This document shows, one piece after another, positions 9,497 through 19,681 of a DNA stretch of 59,107 bases. The first letter of the stretch is position 1; each line of letters begins with the position of its first letter. The notes beneath the pieces were generated by a model, which worked only from the letters and a program-made list of their open reading frames with translations, was not told where the DNA came from and searched no databases. Source of the stretch: an uncultured bacterium (GTDB taxonomy: Bacteria; Chloroflexota; UBA5177; JANWHV01); NCBI GenBank assembly GCA_963729625.1, contig CAVSOU010000001.1, forward strand, positions 1-59,107. The letters run 5' to 3'. A program made the position numbers and the translations under genes.

Positions 9497-11419
9497 ATGG
9501 GTGGGTCGTTTCGCGCGGGATTGCCGATCTTGAGGAGCTTCGCCGCGCTGGCAATGATAGTGTTCTCCACTGCAAACACGGCGAGCGCTCTGGCCTCGAC
9601 GCCTGCCGCGCGCGCTGGAGCCCGATCCGCACTCGCGGCGCCGGTCTTCCCGGGTCCGCTGCTGGGCACGCCGAGTGGGGCAGCGCTCACGCCCGCGAGT
9701 TTCGTCCACAACTGCAACGTAGCGCCGAATACTGGTCCTGAGAAGGCGGCGGGCACGACACTGGCGACGGGCACGGCCATCCAGGATATCGGTGGCTGCG
9801 GCCAGGCCTTGCTGTATCTGAACGATCCGGCGAGCGGCCACTTCCAGGCAACATTCGCCATATCCGACACGGCATCGGGCACGTCGTCCATGCTGCGGCT
9901 CTTTCTGCTTGCGTCGGGCGGCCTTCTCCTGCGCACGATGGATGTGAACGCGACGAAGGGCACGGCTGCCCACGTCGACTTCGACGTGTCGGGCGGCATC
10001 ACGCTCGCTCTCGTCTTCCCCACGCAGACTGACAGTTTCGTGTATGGGCTCACGCTCACCGGCTTGGCGCGCTCGCTAGCGGCGACACCCTTGGCGAATG
10101 GGGGCCTTCCAGCGGGCGGCACGCCTGTGCCTACCAGCTCAATACAGCTCGCTTGCAACGCCACGGCGGCGACCGCACCGGGCACGGTCAGCGCGGTGGT
10201 AGTCAAGTCGACCGGCTCGCTGCAGATGGAAGGCTGCGGCAAGATCACCGTGAAGATACCTGCGCCGGCAAAAGGCACGCTGGCTCTACGCTACGGCGTC
10301 AACGATATTTCGAGCTACAGCAGCCTCCCCACTCAGGTAGGGCTGCGCGTTCTGGACTCTACCGGCCATCTCCTGCGCAAGTCTATCGGTCTCACCTACC
10401 TAGGCGGCGGCTTTCAGCCGATATGGGTCAACCTGCAGGGTGGCGGCACGGCGACGTTCACCATGGATGGCGGGAACACCGATGTTCAGCTCGTCGTCGC
10501 CGGGCTCAGCTTTCTGCCGTCCGCGGTCGCGCCGCACCACAATCCGGACCACCAGGAATTCGGCAGCCCCAGCGGCGGATCGGTTCCTATTGCCCCCGAT
10601 GCCGTGGTCGGTATCTGCAACGCAGGCTTGGGTACGTCTGACACGTCGGTGGATCACCAGCCGGTGCTGCGTGATAACTATGTGGCCGTCGAGGGCTGCG
10701 GCGTTGCGGAGCTGATCATGACCGACGCGACCGGCTCCTTCTCGGCGAAAATCGGCGTGGCGGATAGCAGCGGCGGCAAGACGATGGCCGCTCACCTGGT
10801 GGTTCTCGACCAGAACAGCAAGCCTCTCACCACCAAGACCGTGACCGCCAGTCGCGGCGAACCCGGGGTCGTGATCGGCGCCAGCATAACCGGCGCCAGC
10901 ATTGTACAGATCACGTTCACCAGCAACGCGAACGGCATTCTCTATGACTTGCGGCTGACCGGGCACGCCACGCTTTACGACCGCGTGTTTCCGCCCAGCG
11001 AGCCGCCGGTCAGCACGACAGGCGGCACCGCCATCGATCCGCGCGGCTTCACGGTGTCCTGCAACGTCGGCGTCGCGACGCAGGATTACGAGCTGATCCA
11101 TCAGGTGGCGCTCGAACAGTGGTCGCTGTACGTCAACGGGTGCGGCGCCGCGACCATCAGTATTGCCTCGCTGCACGGCCCGCACGGCACGTTCAGCGCG
11201 CTCTACGGTATCCCCCTCCTGGACGCAAGCGTTCTGATCGCGCACTTGCAGCTCGCGGTGCTGGATGCCAAGGGGAAGACGGTGCGCCAGGCGACGTTCG
11301 TCGCCCGCGCGGGCTACGGCCCTCGCCGCGCGGCCATCAGCCTGGCAGGCGGGTTGAAGCTGCAGATCACCAGTCCGGACAACAAGCAGTTGGTCGTCTT
11401 TGCGCTGACGGCTGCCTGA
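9497..11419 (+). CDS. Secreted protein with four tandem beta-sandwich (NPCBM/galactose-binding-like) modules
   Basis: Signal peptide; four repeats each carrying CN...GCG followed by similar beta-strand motifs. Confidence 0.75.
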   Translation: MGGSFRAGLPILRSFAALAMIVFSTANTASALASTPAARAGARSALAAPVFPGPLLGTPSGAALTPASFVHNCNVAPNTGPEKAAGTTLATGTAIQDIGGCGQALLYLNDPASGHFQATFAISDTASGTSSMLRLFLLASGGLLLRTMDVNATKGTAAHVDFDVSGGITLALVFPTQTDSFVYGLTLTGLARSLAATPLANGGLPAGGTPVPTSSIQLACNATAATAPGTVSAVVVKSTGSLQMEGCGKITVKIPAPAKGTLALRYGVNDISSYSSLPTQVGLRVLDSTGHLLRKSIGLTYLGGGFQPIWVNLQGGGTATFTMDGGNTDVQLVVAGLSFLPSAVAPHHNPDHQEFGSPSGGSVPIAPDAVVGICNAGLGTSDTSVDHQPVLRDNYVAVEGCGVAELIMTDATGSFSAKIGVADSSGGKTMAAHLVVLDQNSKPLTTKTVTASRGEPGVVIGASITGASIVQITFTSNANGILYDLRLTGHATLYDRVFPPSEPPVSTTGGTAIDPRGFTVSCNVGVATQDYELIHQVALEQWSLYVNGCGAATISIASLHGPHGTFSALYGIPLLDASVLIAHLQLAVLDAKGKTVRQATFVARAGYGPRRAAISLAGGLKLQITSPDNKQLVVFALTAA

Positions 11420-11534
11420 GCACTTCCGGCAGCTGCCGTCGATCGAATATCCTCGGGCCGCACATCGCCGCTATGCCGAGGAACACCCGCCGGTGTTCCG
11501 CGCTCGTAGCGGTACCCGGCAGGGGACCCCGCGA

Positions 11535-13670
11535 TCACCACTCGACCGTGTACCGCACGCCCTCGGGACGATTCTCGTAGCGAAGCACGGCCGTGCCGCT
11601 GGCTGCGTCCCAGGACAGGCCCACGGAATCGGCGCCGGCTGTAGCGGACCGCGGGGCCGCGGGAAGCAGCAGACGTGCGACCGCGCGCGTGTTGGTCGGA
11701 CCACTCAGATGGAAACTCAGGCTTCCCGGCGCGATGGCGACGTCGCGCACGCGCGCTGATGCGGCCAGCACAGCCACTTGCTCGGGTCGGCGGAGCTCGA
11801 CGTCGAGAAGGAAGGCGTGCTCGCCCGGCCGGAGATCGAGGGCCCGAAGCACCGGCAAGCTGCCGTCAAGCATGTTGACAAAGCATCCTCGCAGCGTGAC
11901 GGCGGGGCCACCACTTCTCTCCCCGCCGTCGAGCGCCGCCGCGAGCACATAGGCGCCGCGCCGCAGGACCATGTGACGCTGCTCTCGATAGGCCGTTGCG
12001 TCCCCTGCCAGCGCGGCGACCACCTCGCGCAGGCGCGCCCGCACTATGCCGGCGCCTTCGGGGCTGCGCGCCAGGGCGACCGGACCCTCTGGCTCGACCA
12101 ACACCACTCCTCGGCCGGCGTCTTGCAGCCCTGCCCGCGCCTGTATGCCCAGCTCGCCGAACAGATGGGGCCATGGACCGCGCCCGCCGGCGCCAGCGTT
12201 CCACCAGGCAGGCAGCCGCTCGTACGGTCCCTCTCCAGCGCCGAAGAGAATCAGAGCGTGGCCGTCCCGCACCCACGCCGCCAGCTGCTCGTGCGCTGCC
12301 GCACCGGGCGGCGTCATGCCGTCATAACTGAGCAACAGCACCCGCAGGTCATCCGGCACGCCGAGTATCGCGACTGCTTCCAGGCTCACCGGCTGCACGG
12401 GCATGCCTGCACACAGCGGTGGGAGTGCCAGGCCGAAGAATGCCGACATCTCGGGATCGTCCTGCGCGGGTCCGCGGCGTCGAAACATCAAGCTGTCGGC
12501 CACGAGGACACCTACGCCCTGAAATCCGCAGTCCCAGGTCGCCGGCTCAGACGGCATGCCGCTCAGCGCGTTGGCGACTGCCAGCAGCTCGGAAGCGTAA
12601 ACCTGGGGGATGGGGTCGCCGGGCGGACCGTCCGCGCGGCGCGGGTAGAGGCCGGTGAAGACGCGCATCGGCCAGGGCATCACCTCGAAGGCGCCGACGC
12701 TCGGGTGGAACAGCGAGGCGATGATCGTGGCGTGGTAGTCGGCACGATAGCGATCCCAGCCGTAGTCCGGCCTGTCCTCGACGGGATCCGCGAGGAACCA
12801 AAGCTGCCGATCAGTGCCGCGCACGAGCTCGAGGCCCGAGGCATATTCGAGGAACGCCACTTCAAAGAGCTTCTCGCCGCGCCGCCCCTCGTACATGACC
12901 TGGCTGCGCGCGGTATGACTCCAGACCTGCAAGACGACACCACCGCAGTCCTCGATCTCGCGAAGGGCCGAGAGCGGGCTGACGATCGTGTTGTACGCAT
13001 AGCTCAGCAGGCTATGCGTGGCGACGTAGCATGGGATCGGCCCGCCATCGCGTCCGGCGCTCAAGTGTTTCACCGCCGTGCACAGGCGAGAGATCAGATC
13101 GCGGTACAGCGCAAGCTTGAGCTCGGCGGCGAGGGTCCATGCGTGCGGATCCGTGCCCGGATCGCGATAGGCAATCCCGTAGCGCGCTTGCCACGCCCGC
13201 TCAAATGTGGGCCCATACCCGGTAGATGCCCAGAATTCCGGCTCCTCGAGAAACACTGCTTCCACTCCGGCCACGATCGCCACACGCAACAGCGATTCGA
13301 GATAGGCGCCATAGGCGTGGCTCGGCACCATATAGGGGATATCGGGGCCGTGCAGCTTGGGCCTGCCATCAGCCTGGCGCTGTGCGTCGTCCCAGTGATC
13401 GCTGCCGTCCCATCGCCCGAGCACGTAGTCCTGGTACTTGCCCCAAGCCAGACCGGTCATCACGTGAGCGCGATAGCCGTGCTCACGCCAGGCAGCTACC
13501 CTGGCCGGCAGCGTCGCATCTATCCCGTATGCGATGGCGGCATCGGTTTGGAGATCGTAGCGGGCATCGTACGGATCGCCCTCCTGGAAGAGCGTACGGT
13601 CGCGGGGCCACGCTGAGGGCACGGAAGTCCTTCCTGCTGAAGTTGATTGCGTCCTGTTTGCTTTCACCAT
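11535..13670 (-). CDS. Uncharacterised glycoside-hydrolase-like protein (TIM barrel plus GATase-like and beta domains)
   Basis: 711-aa ORF with aromatic-rich catalytic-like motifs (FLEEPEF, FLEY, DPVED, EVMPWP) and an LLLSYD...WV..G..L segment typical of trimerisation domains; start uncertain. Confidence 0.65.
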   Translation of the reverse strand: MVKANRTQSTSAGRTSVPSAWPRDRTLFQEGDPYDARYDLQTDAAIAYGIDATLPARVAAWREHGYRAHVMTGLAWGKYQDYVLGRWDGSDHWDDAQRQADGRPKLHGPDIPYMVPSHAYGAYLESLLRVAIVAGVEAVFLEEPEFWASTGYGPTFERAWQARYGIAYRDPGTDPHAWTLAAELKLALYRDLISRLCTAVKHLSAGRDGGPIPCYVATHSLLSYAYNTIVSPLSALREIEDCGGVVLQVWSHTARSQVMYEGRRGEKLFEVAFLEYASGLELVRGTDRQLWFLADPVEDRPDYGWDRYRADYHATIIASLFHPSVGAFEVMPWPMRVFTGLYPRRADGPPGDPIPQVYASELLAVANALSGMPSEPATWDCGFQGVGVLVADSLMFRRRGPAQDDPEMSAFFGLALPPLCAGMPVQPVSLEAVAILGVPDDLRVLLLSYDGMTPPGAAAHEQLAAWVRDGHALILFGAGEGPYERLPAWWNAGAGGRGPWPHLFGELGIQARAGLQDAGRGVVLVEPEGPVALARSPEGAGIVRARLREVVAALAGDATAYREQRHMVLRRGAYVLAAALDGGERSGGPAVTLRGCFVNMLDGSLPVLRALDLRPGEHAFLLDVELRRPEQVAVLAASARVRDVAIAPGSLSFHLSGPTNTRAVARLLLPAAPRSATAGADSVGLSWDAASGTAVLRYENRPEGVRYTVEW

Positions 13671-13833
13671 GCAGCAAGCAGCGGTCGGTGTCAAAACCCA
13701 AGGCGATGCTCCATATGATCCTCCGGGTCAGGCGCGCTCATCGCCGTCTGCCGCGGATATCCCGCTCTCAAAGGCAGCGCATCGGGGGGCTATACTGGAT
13801 CTAGACCCGCGAACGACCACCGGAGGTGTGCAA

Positions 13834-14523
13834 ATGACCGCTCAGCCTGTCACGGAAGACATCTGGCTGCACGACGACCAGGAGGAGGACCTCGTGGGGA
13901 CGGACTGGCACCAGCGTGCGATCAACTGTGTGTTCGACGCGCTGCAGGACGTGGCGGAAGCGGCAGATCTGCCCTGGCATGTGGGGAACCAGCATACGTT
14001 GGTAGCGCGCATGCGGGACGGTCGAATATGGCGGCCGTGCCCGGACATCATGGTACACCCGCGAGCGGGCAACGAGGCGCGGGCGGAGATGGTGACCGCG
14101 GTCGATGGTCCGCCGGCGCTGGTCATAGAGGTGGTGAGCCCGGCAACCTGGCACTACGACGTGGATGACGTGCAGGGCAAAGGCGCCGGATACCTGGCGC
14201 TGGGAGTGCAGGAGTATCTGCTGTTCGATCCCACGGAGGCGTATCTTCACGAGCCGTGCCGGGGCTGGCGCCAGCGCGAGGGTGAGGTAGAACGCTGGCT
14301 GCCGGAGTCCGGCGGCCGCTACGAGTCCAGGGAGCTGGGAGTCGCGTTCCGCCCGGAAGGCGCGTTTCTGCGCACCTACGACCGGTCCGGCCTGCTTGTG
14401 CCCACGCGGGAGGAGCGCCGCTGGGCGTACGCTCGAATGCAGGCGGAGCAGGAACGGCAGGCCCAGCAGATCGCGCTTCTGCGCGCCGAGCTTGATCGGC
14501 TGCGGAAGCGCGTCGAGGGGTAG
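13834..14523 (+). CDS. Uma2 family (DUF820) PD-(D/E)xK endonuclease
   Basis: CPDIMV, LVIEVVSP, LGVQEYLLFDP motifs; C-terminal coiled coil; GGAGG RBS. Confidence 0.88.
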   Translation: MTAQPVTEDIWLHDDQEEDLVGTDWHQRAINCVFDALQDVAEAADLPWHVGNQHTLVARMRDGRIWRPCPDIMVHPRAGNEARAEMVTAVDGPPALVIEVVSPATWHYDVDDVQGKGAGYLALGVQEYLLFDPTEAYLHEPCRGWRQREGEVERWLPESGGRYESRELGVAFRPEGAFLRTYDRSGLLVPTREERRWAYARMQAEQERQAQQIALLRAELDRLRKRVEG

Positions 14524-14715
14524 GGTCCTGTGTATCCTCCGGCGGCGCCGATCGAGTCGCCGCACTGGAAGAGCGCGCTATCGCGGCGCAGGGTCCGGGT
14601 GCCGGAGCAGGCGCGCGCTGCCGGGGCAGACAGGCCTCGATTGCGCCTGCCCCGCGAGCGTGTCACGGGCTGCACGGCGCGCGTGTGAAATACGCAACAA
14701 TCCGCCTGGATGTCC

Positions 14716-14744
14716 TTGACGCTCGGTCTGATGCCTGCTAGAGT
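14716..14744 (+). promoter_or_regulatory. Sigma70-type promoter of the ABC exporter pair
   Basis: TTGACG-17 bp-TAGAGT with TG extension. Confidence 0.5.
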
Positions 14745-14865
14745 CACCTGTGCGCGCCCGCGGTCCGTGGTGGTGAGACGGCTGTGTGACCCCATTGCTC
14801 GTTCAATTCTCCCGTAACCATGATTGCGCGCACGCGTACTTTCACCATGCGGTAGGGAGCATTGC

Positions 14866-16662
14866 GTGTCGAAACGCGAGTTCACCGTCCCCGGCGCGCA
14901 CACGTACGATCAGACGAGTTCGGTCCGATGGATCGCCTCCCATCTGGGCCGTTATAAGTGGCTGGCTGTGGCATATGCTGTTTCCAGCACCCTGTGCAAT
15001 GCCTTCTGGAGCACCGTGCCACTGGTCACGGGTAGCGCCTTCAACGACGTGCTGCACGGCAAGACGCCCCGCGCCGACCTCGGGCATGCCGCGCTGCTCA
15101 TGCTGGCCCTGATCCTCTGCACGTTCAGTTTCGACATTTCCGCGCGCTCCTTGATCCAGGTGCTGGGCAAGCGCTTGGCGCGCGACACGCGAGACGAGCT
15201 GTATCTCAGCCTTCTTGGCAAGAGCCAGACCTTCCACTCTCGCCAGCGGGTAGGGGATGTCATGGCGCGCGTCGCGAATGACGTCGGCCTCCTGGGCGAC
15301 ATGGTCGTGCCCGGCTTCGATACAGTCTTCGACTCCTCGGTGGTGCTGATCATTCCAACTGTATTCATCGGCCTTTTGCAGTGGCGACTGCTCCTCGTGC
15401 CCCTCATCTTTCTCTGCGTTCACGTGCTTGCGCTTCGCCACTACATGAAGCAGCTCAAACCTGTCTCCAGCGCGATGCGCGACCAGTTTGGGCGGCTCAA
15501 TGCGGATCTCGCGGAGACCGTGAACGGCATAGAACTGGTGAAGGCCACCGCGCAGGAGTATCAGGAACGCTCCAAATTTGAGCGGCAGGCGCGAGCATAC
15601 CGCGACCTCTTCGTGCGAAACGGCCTGATACAAAGCCGCTACCTGCCGCCGCTCTTCCTGGCGGCGACCACCGCTTTCGCGCTGCTCGACGGCCTCTACT
15701 TGGTCTCCGTGGGTGATCTCACCGTAGGCGGCCTAGTCAGCTTTCTCGGCCTGTTGGGGAACTTCGGCTATCCCGTGTTTATGGGCACGTTCGCCTTCAA
15801 CGTAGTACAGCTTGGCTTCGCCGGCGCCGATCGCATCCTCGCGTTGATGCGGGAAGAGACCGATCTGGACGAGAATGAGGCCGGCTATCAGGCGCCAATG
15901 CGCGGGGAGCTGCGATTTGAGGACGTCAGCTTCGGTTACGAGAACGGCATGGTGCTCAAGCACGTCTCGTTCACGGTAGAGCCTGGCCAGACGGTGGCGA
16001 TAGTCGGCCAGACCGGCAGCGGGAAGTCGTCGCTTACGCGTCTGATCAATCGCCTATATGACGCCGGCCGTGGCCACGTGCGCATCGATGGCGTCGACGT
16101 ACGAGACTGGCAGCTGGACGCTCTTCGTTCGCAGATCGCCACAATAGAGCAGGATGTCTTCCTGTTCTCACGCACGATCGCCGAGAACATCGCCTTCGGC
16201 CTGGGTAGCGACGTCGATCGCGGTGCGATCGAAGCTGCCGCGCGCGACGCGCAAGCGCACGACTTCATCATGACGTTCACCGATGGCTACGACACGGTAC
16301 TGGGCGAGCGCGGAGTCACGCTGTCAGGCGGGCAACGACAGCGCATCGCCATCGCGCGCGCCTTGCTCACAGACCCGCGCATCCTGATCCTTGACGACTC
16401 GACCAGCGCCGTCGACAGCGCCACCGAAGACGAGATCCAGAAGGCCATGCGTCGACTGGAGAGCGGCCGAACGACGCTGCTGATCACGCATCGCCTGTCG
16501 CAGATACGAACGGCCGATTGGGTGCTGGTCCTTCGCAAGGGTGAGCTGGTTGACCAGGGAACGCATCGCGAGCTGCTGCGCCGCTGCGACATGTATCGGC
16601 GCATCTTCAGTCACTACGATCCGGCCATACCGGCACTGGTGGGCGCCGGCCAGGCAGGCTAG
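14866..16662 (+). CDS. ABC exporter subunit (TMD plus NBD)
   Basis: GQTGSGKS, LSGGQRQR, Walker B ILDD (Glu replaced by Asp); TM helices; GTG start after GGGAG. Confidence 0.93.
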   Translation: MSKREFTVPGAHTYDQTSSVRWIASHLGRYKWLAVAYAVSSTLCNAFWSTVPLVTGSAFNDVLHGKTPRADLGHAALLMLALILCTFSFDISARSLIQVLGKRLARDTRDELYLSLLGKSQTFHSRQRVGDVMARVANDVGLLGDMVVPGFDTVFDSSVVLIIPTVFIGLLQWRLLLVPLIFLCVHVLALRHYMKQLKPVSSAMRDQFGRLNADLAETVNGIELVKATAQEYQERSKFERQARAYRDLFVRNGLIQSRYLPPLFLAATTAFALLDGLYLVSVGDLTVGGLVSFLGLLGNFGYPVFMGTFAFNVVQLGFAGADRILALMREETDLDENEAGYQAPMRGELRFEDVSFGYENGMVLKHVSFTVEPGQTVAIVGQTGSGKSSLTRLINRLYDAGRGHVRIDGVDVRDWQLDALRSQIATIEQDVFLFSRTIAENIAFGLGSDVDRGAIEAAARDAQAHDFIMTFTDGYDTVLGERGVTLSGGQRQRIAIARALLTDPRILILDDSTSAVDSATEDEIQKAMRRLESGRTTLLITHRLSQIRTADWVLVLRKGELVDQGTHRELLRRCDMYRRIFSHYDPAIPALVGAGQAG

Positions 16663-16679
16663 CTGGAAGGAACAGACAG

Positions 16680-18500
16680 ATGATCTTCGGTGGTCTGGAC
16701 GCGGAGAAATACGATCGCGTCTACGGGGATCGCGTGCTGCTTGGCCGCATCTTGCGCTATTTCGGTCCGGCCAGGCGGCTGATGCTGGTCGTGGCCGGCC
16801 TGGTCGTGGGCAGCTCACTGCTCGACGCCACGATACCGCTCGCCGTTGCCCACGGCGTCGACGAGCTGACCAAGTCGCGCACGCTGTCTGGCGCCGGCCT
16901 GTTGGTCGGCATTATTCTCGCCGCAGGCGTGCTGTCCTGGATCTGCAACTTCGTCCGGCAGTGGTTCACTGCCCGCGCCGTCGGAGACGTCGTCATGCAG
17001 CTTCGGGTCGATGCGTTTGACGCCGTGCTGCGCCACGATCTCTCGTTCTACGACGAGTATGCTTCGGGCCGCATAGTCAGCCGCGTGACCTCCGACAGCC
17101 AGGATTTCTCCAATGTGGTCACGCTTACCGTGCAGCTGATGAGCCAGGTGCTGCTGATGCTGATCTTCGTCGGCGTGCTCCTGCGCATCGATGCTCGCCT
17201 GACGTTGCTGGCGTTGACGATAACTCCGTTCGTGGCGACGACCACGCTTATCTTCAGGCACTTCGCGCGCATCATGTCGCAACGAGCGCAGCGCGCGCTG
17301 GCGAAGGTCAACAGCACCATTCAGGAGGTCATCACGGGCATCACCGTGGCCAAGAACTTCCGCAAGGAAGGAGCGCTCTACGACGAGTTTCGGGCCACGA
17401 ACGAGCAGCGTTACCAGGTGACGCTGCGTGAAGGCCTGCTCTACAACGGCATTTTCCCGGTGCTGGTATTTTTCGCCGGCCTTGGCACCATTATCGTGGT
17501 CTTCGTAGGTGGCAACGCTGTGCTCGATCGCGCGATAGACGCCGGGTCCTGGTACCTCTTCATTCAGGCCATCTGGATCTTCTGGAACCCGATGATCGGC
17601 ATTGCCTCCTTCTGGAGCCAATTCCAGCTGGGCCTGGCCGCGAGCGAGCGAGTGTTTGCGCTCATCGATGCGGAACCGCGCGTGCGACAGTACGCTGGCC
17701 TGCCTGTCGACCAGGTCGCCGGCAGGATCGAGTTCAAGCATCTCAGCTTCCGCTACTCCGAGCAGGAGCAGGTACTGGACGACTTCAGCCTGACGATCAA
17801 ACCTGGGGAAATGGTGGCAATCGTTGGGCATACGGGCGCCGGGAAGTCCACGCTGGGGAAACTGGTCGCGCGCTTCTACGAGTACCAGTCGGGCGACCTG
17901 CTCATCGACGGTCGGGACATCCGCAGCTTCGACCTGTCGTCCTATCGTCGGCGTCTTGGCGTGGTTGGACAGGTACCGTTCCTGTTTGCCGGGACCGTTT
18001 TGGACAACATCCGGTATTCGCGCCCCGAGGCGAGCGACGACGAGGTGCGCATGGCGGCTATGCGCGTGGGCGGAGGAGACTGGATTGATGCCCTGCCGGA
18101 CGGCCTGGGCACAGATTGCGGCGAGATGGGACGTTCGCTCTCTCTCGGCCAGCGCCAGCTGGTAGCTCTGGCTCGCCTGCTGCTGCAGCACCCGTCGATC
18201 ATCATCCTGGATGAGGCCACCGCCAGTGTCGACCCGCTCACCGAAGCGCAGATTCAGGAAGGCATGGACCTGGTGCTGCGTGGCAGCACGGCCATCGTGA
18301 TCGCGCATCGGCTCTCGACCGTGCGCGAGGCCGACCGGATCATCGTGCTCGACCGCGGAAGTGTGGTCGAAGAGGGCACGCACGATTCCCTGTTGCGACG
18401 CGGCGGCCACTACGGGCACCTTTACAACACGTACTTCCGTCACCAGTCCCCTGACTACCAGCCCGGAGGCGGCTTCGTGCCCGTCGCAGCCGGGGCCTGA
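16680..18500 (+). CDS. ABC exporter subunit (TMD plus NBD), heterodimer partner
   Basis: GHTGAGKS, LSLGQRQL, ILDEATAS, IAHRLST. Confidence 0.93.
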   Translation: MIFGGLDAEKYDRVYGDRVLLGRILRYFGPARRLMLVVAGLVVGSSLLDATIPLAVAHGVDELTKSRTLSGAGLLVGIILAAGVLSWICNFVRQWFTARAVGDVVMQLRVDAFDAVLRHDLSFYDEYASGRIVSRVTSDSQDFSNVVTLTVQLMSQVLLMLIFVGVLLRIDARLTLLALTITPFVATTTLIFRHFARIMSQRAQRALAKVNSTIQEVITGITVAKNFRKEGALYDEFRATNEQRYQVTLREGLLYNGIFPVLVFFAGLGTIIVVFVGGNAVLDRAIDAGSWYLFIQAIWIFWNPMIGIASFWSQFQLGLAASERVFALIDAEPRVRQYAGLPVDQVAGRIEFKHLSFRYSEQEQVLDDFSLTIKPGEMVAIVGHTGAGKSTLGKLVARFYEYQSGDLLIDGRDIRSFDLSSYRRRLGVVGQVPFLFAGTVLDNIRYSRPEASDDEVRMAAMRVGGGDWIDALPDGLGTDCGEMGRSLSLGQRQLVALARLLLQHPSIIILDEATASVDPLTEAQIQEGMDLVLRGSTAIVIAHRLSTVREADRIIVLDRGSVVEEGTHDSLLRRGGHYGHLYNTYFRHQSPDYQPGGGFVPVAAGA

Positions 18501-18508
18501 CCACGCCG

Positions 18509-18725
18509 TTAGTACTCCTTCGTTGATTCCTTCGCGGGCGAAAGGTCTTGATGCGGTTTGTGGTGATCAGCCAGAGGACCACGCCCTGAAGCGCCGACCT
18601 TGGTAGTCGTCCAGGCCGCACTCGCCCTTGGCATCTTCATAGAACTGCTCGATCACCCAGCGCTGGTGAGCGAGGACGATCAGCCGCTCCCAGGGCGTGT
18701 CTGCGGGCAGGGTGCTGAAGACAGA
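18509..18725 (-). mobile_element. IS701-family transposase remnant with probable right end
   Basis: Minus strand translates FSTLPADTPWERLIVLAHQRWVIEQFYEDAKGECGLDDYQGRR, then in another frame LQGVVLWLITTNRIKTFRPRRN, ending ACGAAGGAGTACTAA. Confidence 0.78.
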
Positions 18726-18726
18726 T

Positions 18727-19416
18727 TCAGCGGTCAGATCTGTTCAACAGCCGCTCCAGCTCAAGTCGGAGGCGCGCCGTCTCCTTTTCGGCTGCCTCGC
18801 GCGCGCGAGCCTCCTCGGCAAGTGTCCGAAGTGGCTCGCCTTTGGCCGTCCACGCGCGCAGCAGGCCGTCTTGCACGATCAAGCGTAGCCCCAACACGTC
18901 GCTCCACAGGCTGCCGTCCGCGTCACTCGGCCATGGCTGCATGCGCCCCACACCATCGCACCGATAGCCGGCAAGTCGGCCAGGTGCTCTGTCGGACGGC
19001 GTGAACAGCACATACTCCTGCACGCCCAGTCGCCCATAGGCCCTCAGCTTGTCCTTGCTGTCGCGCTCCACGCTCGAGGGCGAGACCACCTCCAACACGA
19101 ATGCCGGAAACACTTCCTCCTCGCGCAGATCATAGGAAGTGCGTGCGTGGTCAGGTACGAAGGAGACAAAGCAGTCAGGCGCCAGCTGATGCAGCGTGGG
19201 TGGCGTGCCGGCCTCGAAGCGGATGGGCAGCATACAGGCCACAAACCAGGGAAGCCGATGGTCGCGCGCGTACTGTTCCAGTGTGTGGGCGAAGGTGCTG
19301 GCAGACCAGAACTGCGCCGTGCCCATCACCATCCAGGGTGCATCCTCCGTGTCGTCTGCCAGGGCGGCCAGGAAAAGCTCATCCGCTGTTGGTGCAGGTT
19401 CTCTCCAGAGTGCCAT
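18727..19416 (-). CDS. Uma2 family (DUF820) endonuclease
   Basis: LAPDCFV, FVLEVVSPSS, LGVQEYVLF motifs; coiled-coil tail; GGAGGT RBS. Confidence 0.88.
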   Translation of the reverse strand: MALWREPAPTADELFLAALADDTEDAPWMVMGTAQFWSASTFAHTLEQYARDHRLPWFVACMLPIRFEAGTPPTLHQLAPDCFVSFVPDHARTSYDLREEEVFPAFVLEVVSPSSVERDSKDKLRAYGRLGVQEYVLFTPSDRAPGRLAGYRCDGVGRMQPWPSDADGSLWSDVLGLRLIVQDGLLRAWTAKGEPLRTLAEEARAREAAEKETARLRLELERLLNRSDR

Positions 19417-19681
19417 GCCGGTGTACCTCCCAGAACCGGGGCTCGCTTCCCCAAGTGTATCGCGTTCGACCTTCCCGGTACACCCCCACAGACCCAAGGC
19501 AGATCTCCGGTGTGGCCAGGTTTTGCCCGACACGTGGAAGGCCGCGGGGTGCTACATTAATCCTGTGTTTCGCCGGCTGGGAGGGAGAACGGCTATTCGC
19601 GCGCCTGAAGACGCGGCCAAGACCAGCCCAGAGTCGCCCGGTCGCCATCTGCACCTGGCTCCGGATGTTGACGCCCAGACC

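Noticed and set aside
11778-13616. 612-aa plus-strand ORF (and similar long shadow ORFs at 16815-18443, 29930-31495, 33815-35116, 42320-43555)
   Set aside because: Antisense to well-supported genes; typical stop-poor shadow frames of GC-rich DNA with no motifs
14866-18500. Degenerate Walker B (DD) and LSLGQ signature in the ABC pair
   Set aside because: Normal asymmetry of heterodimeric ABC exporters
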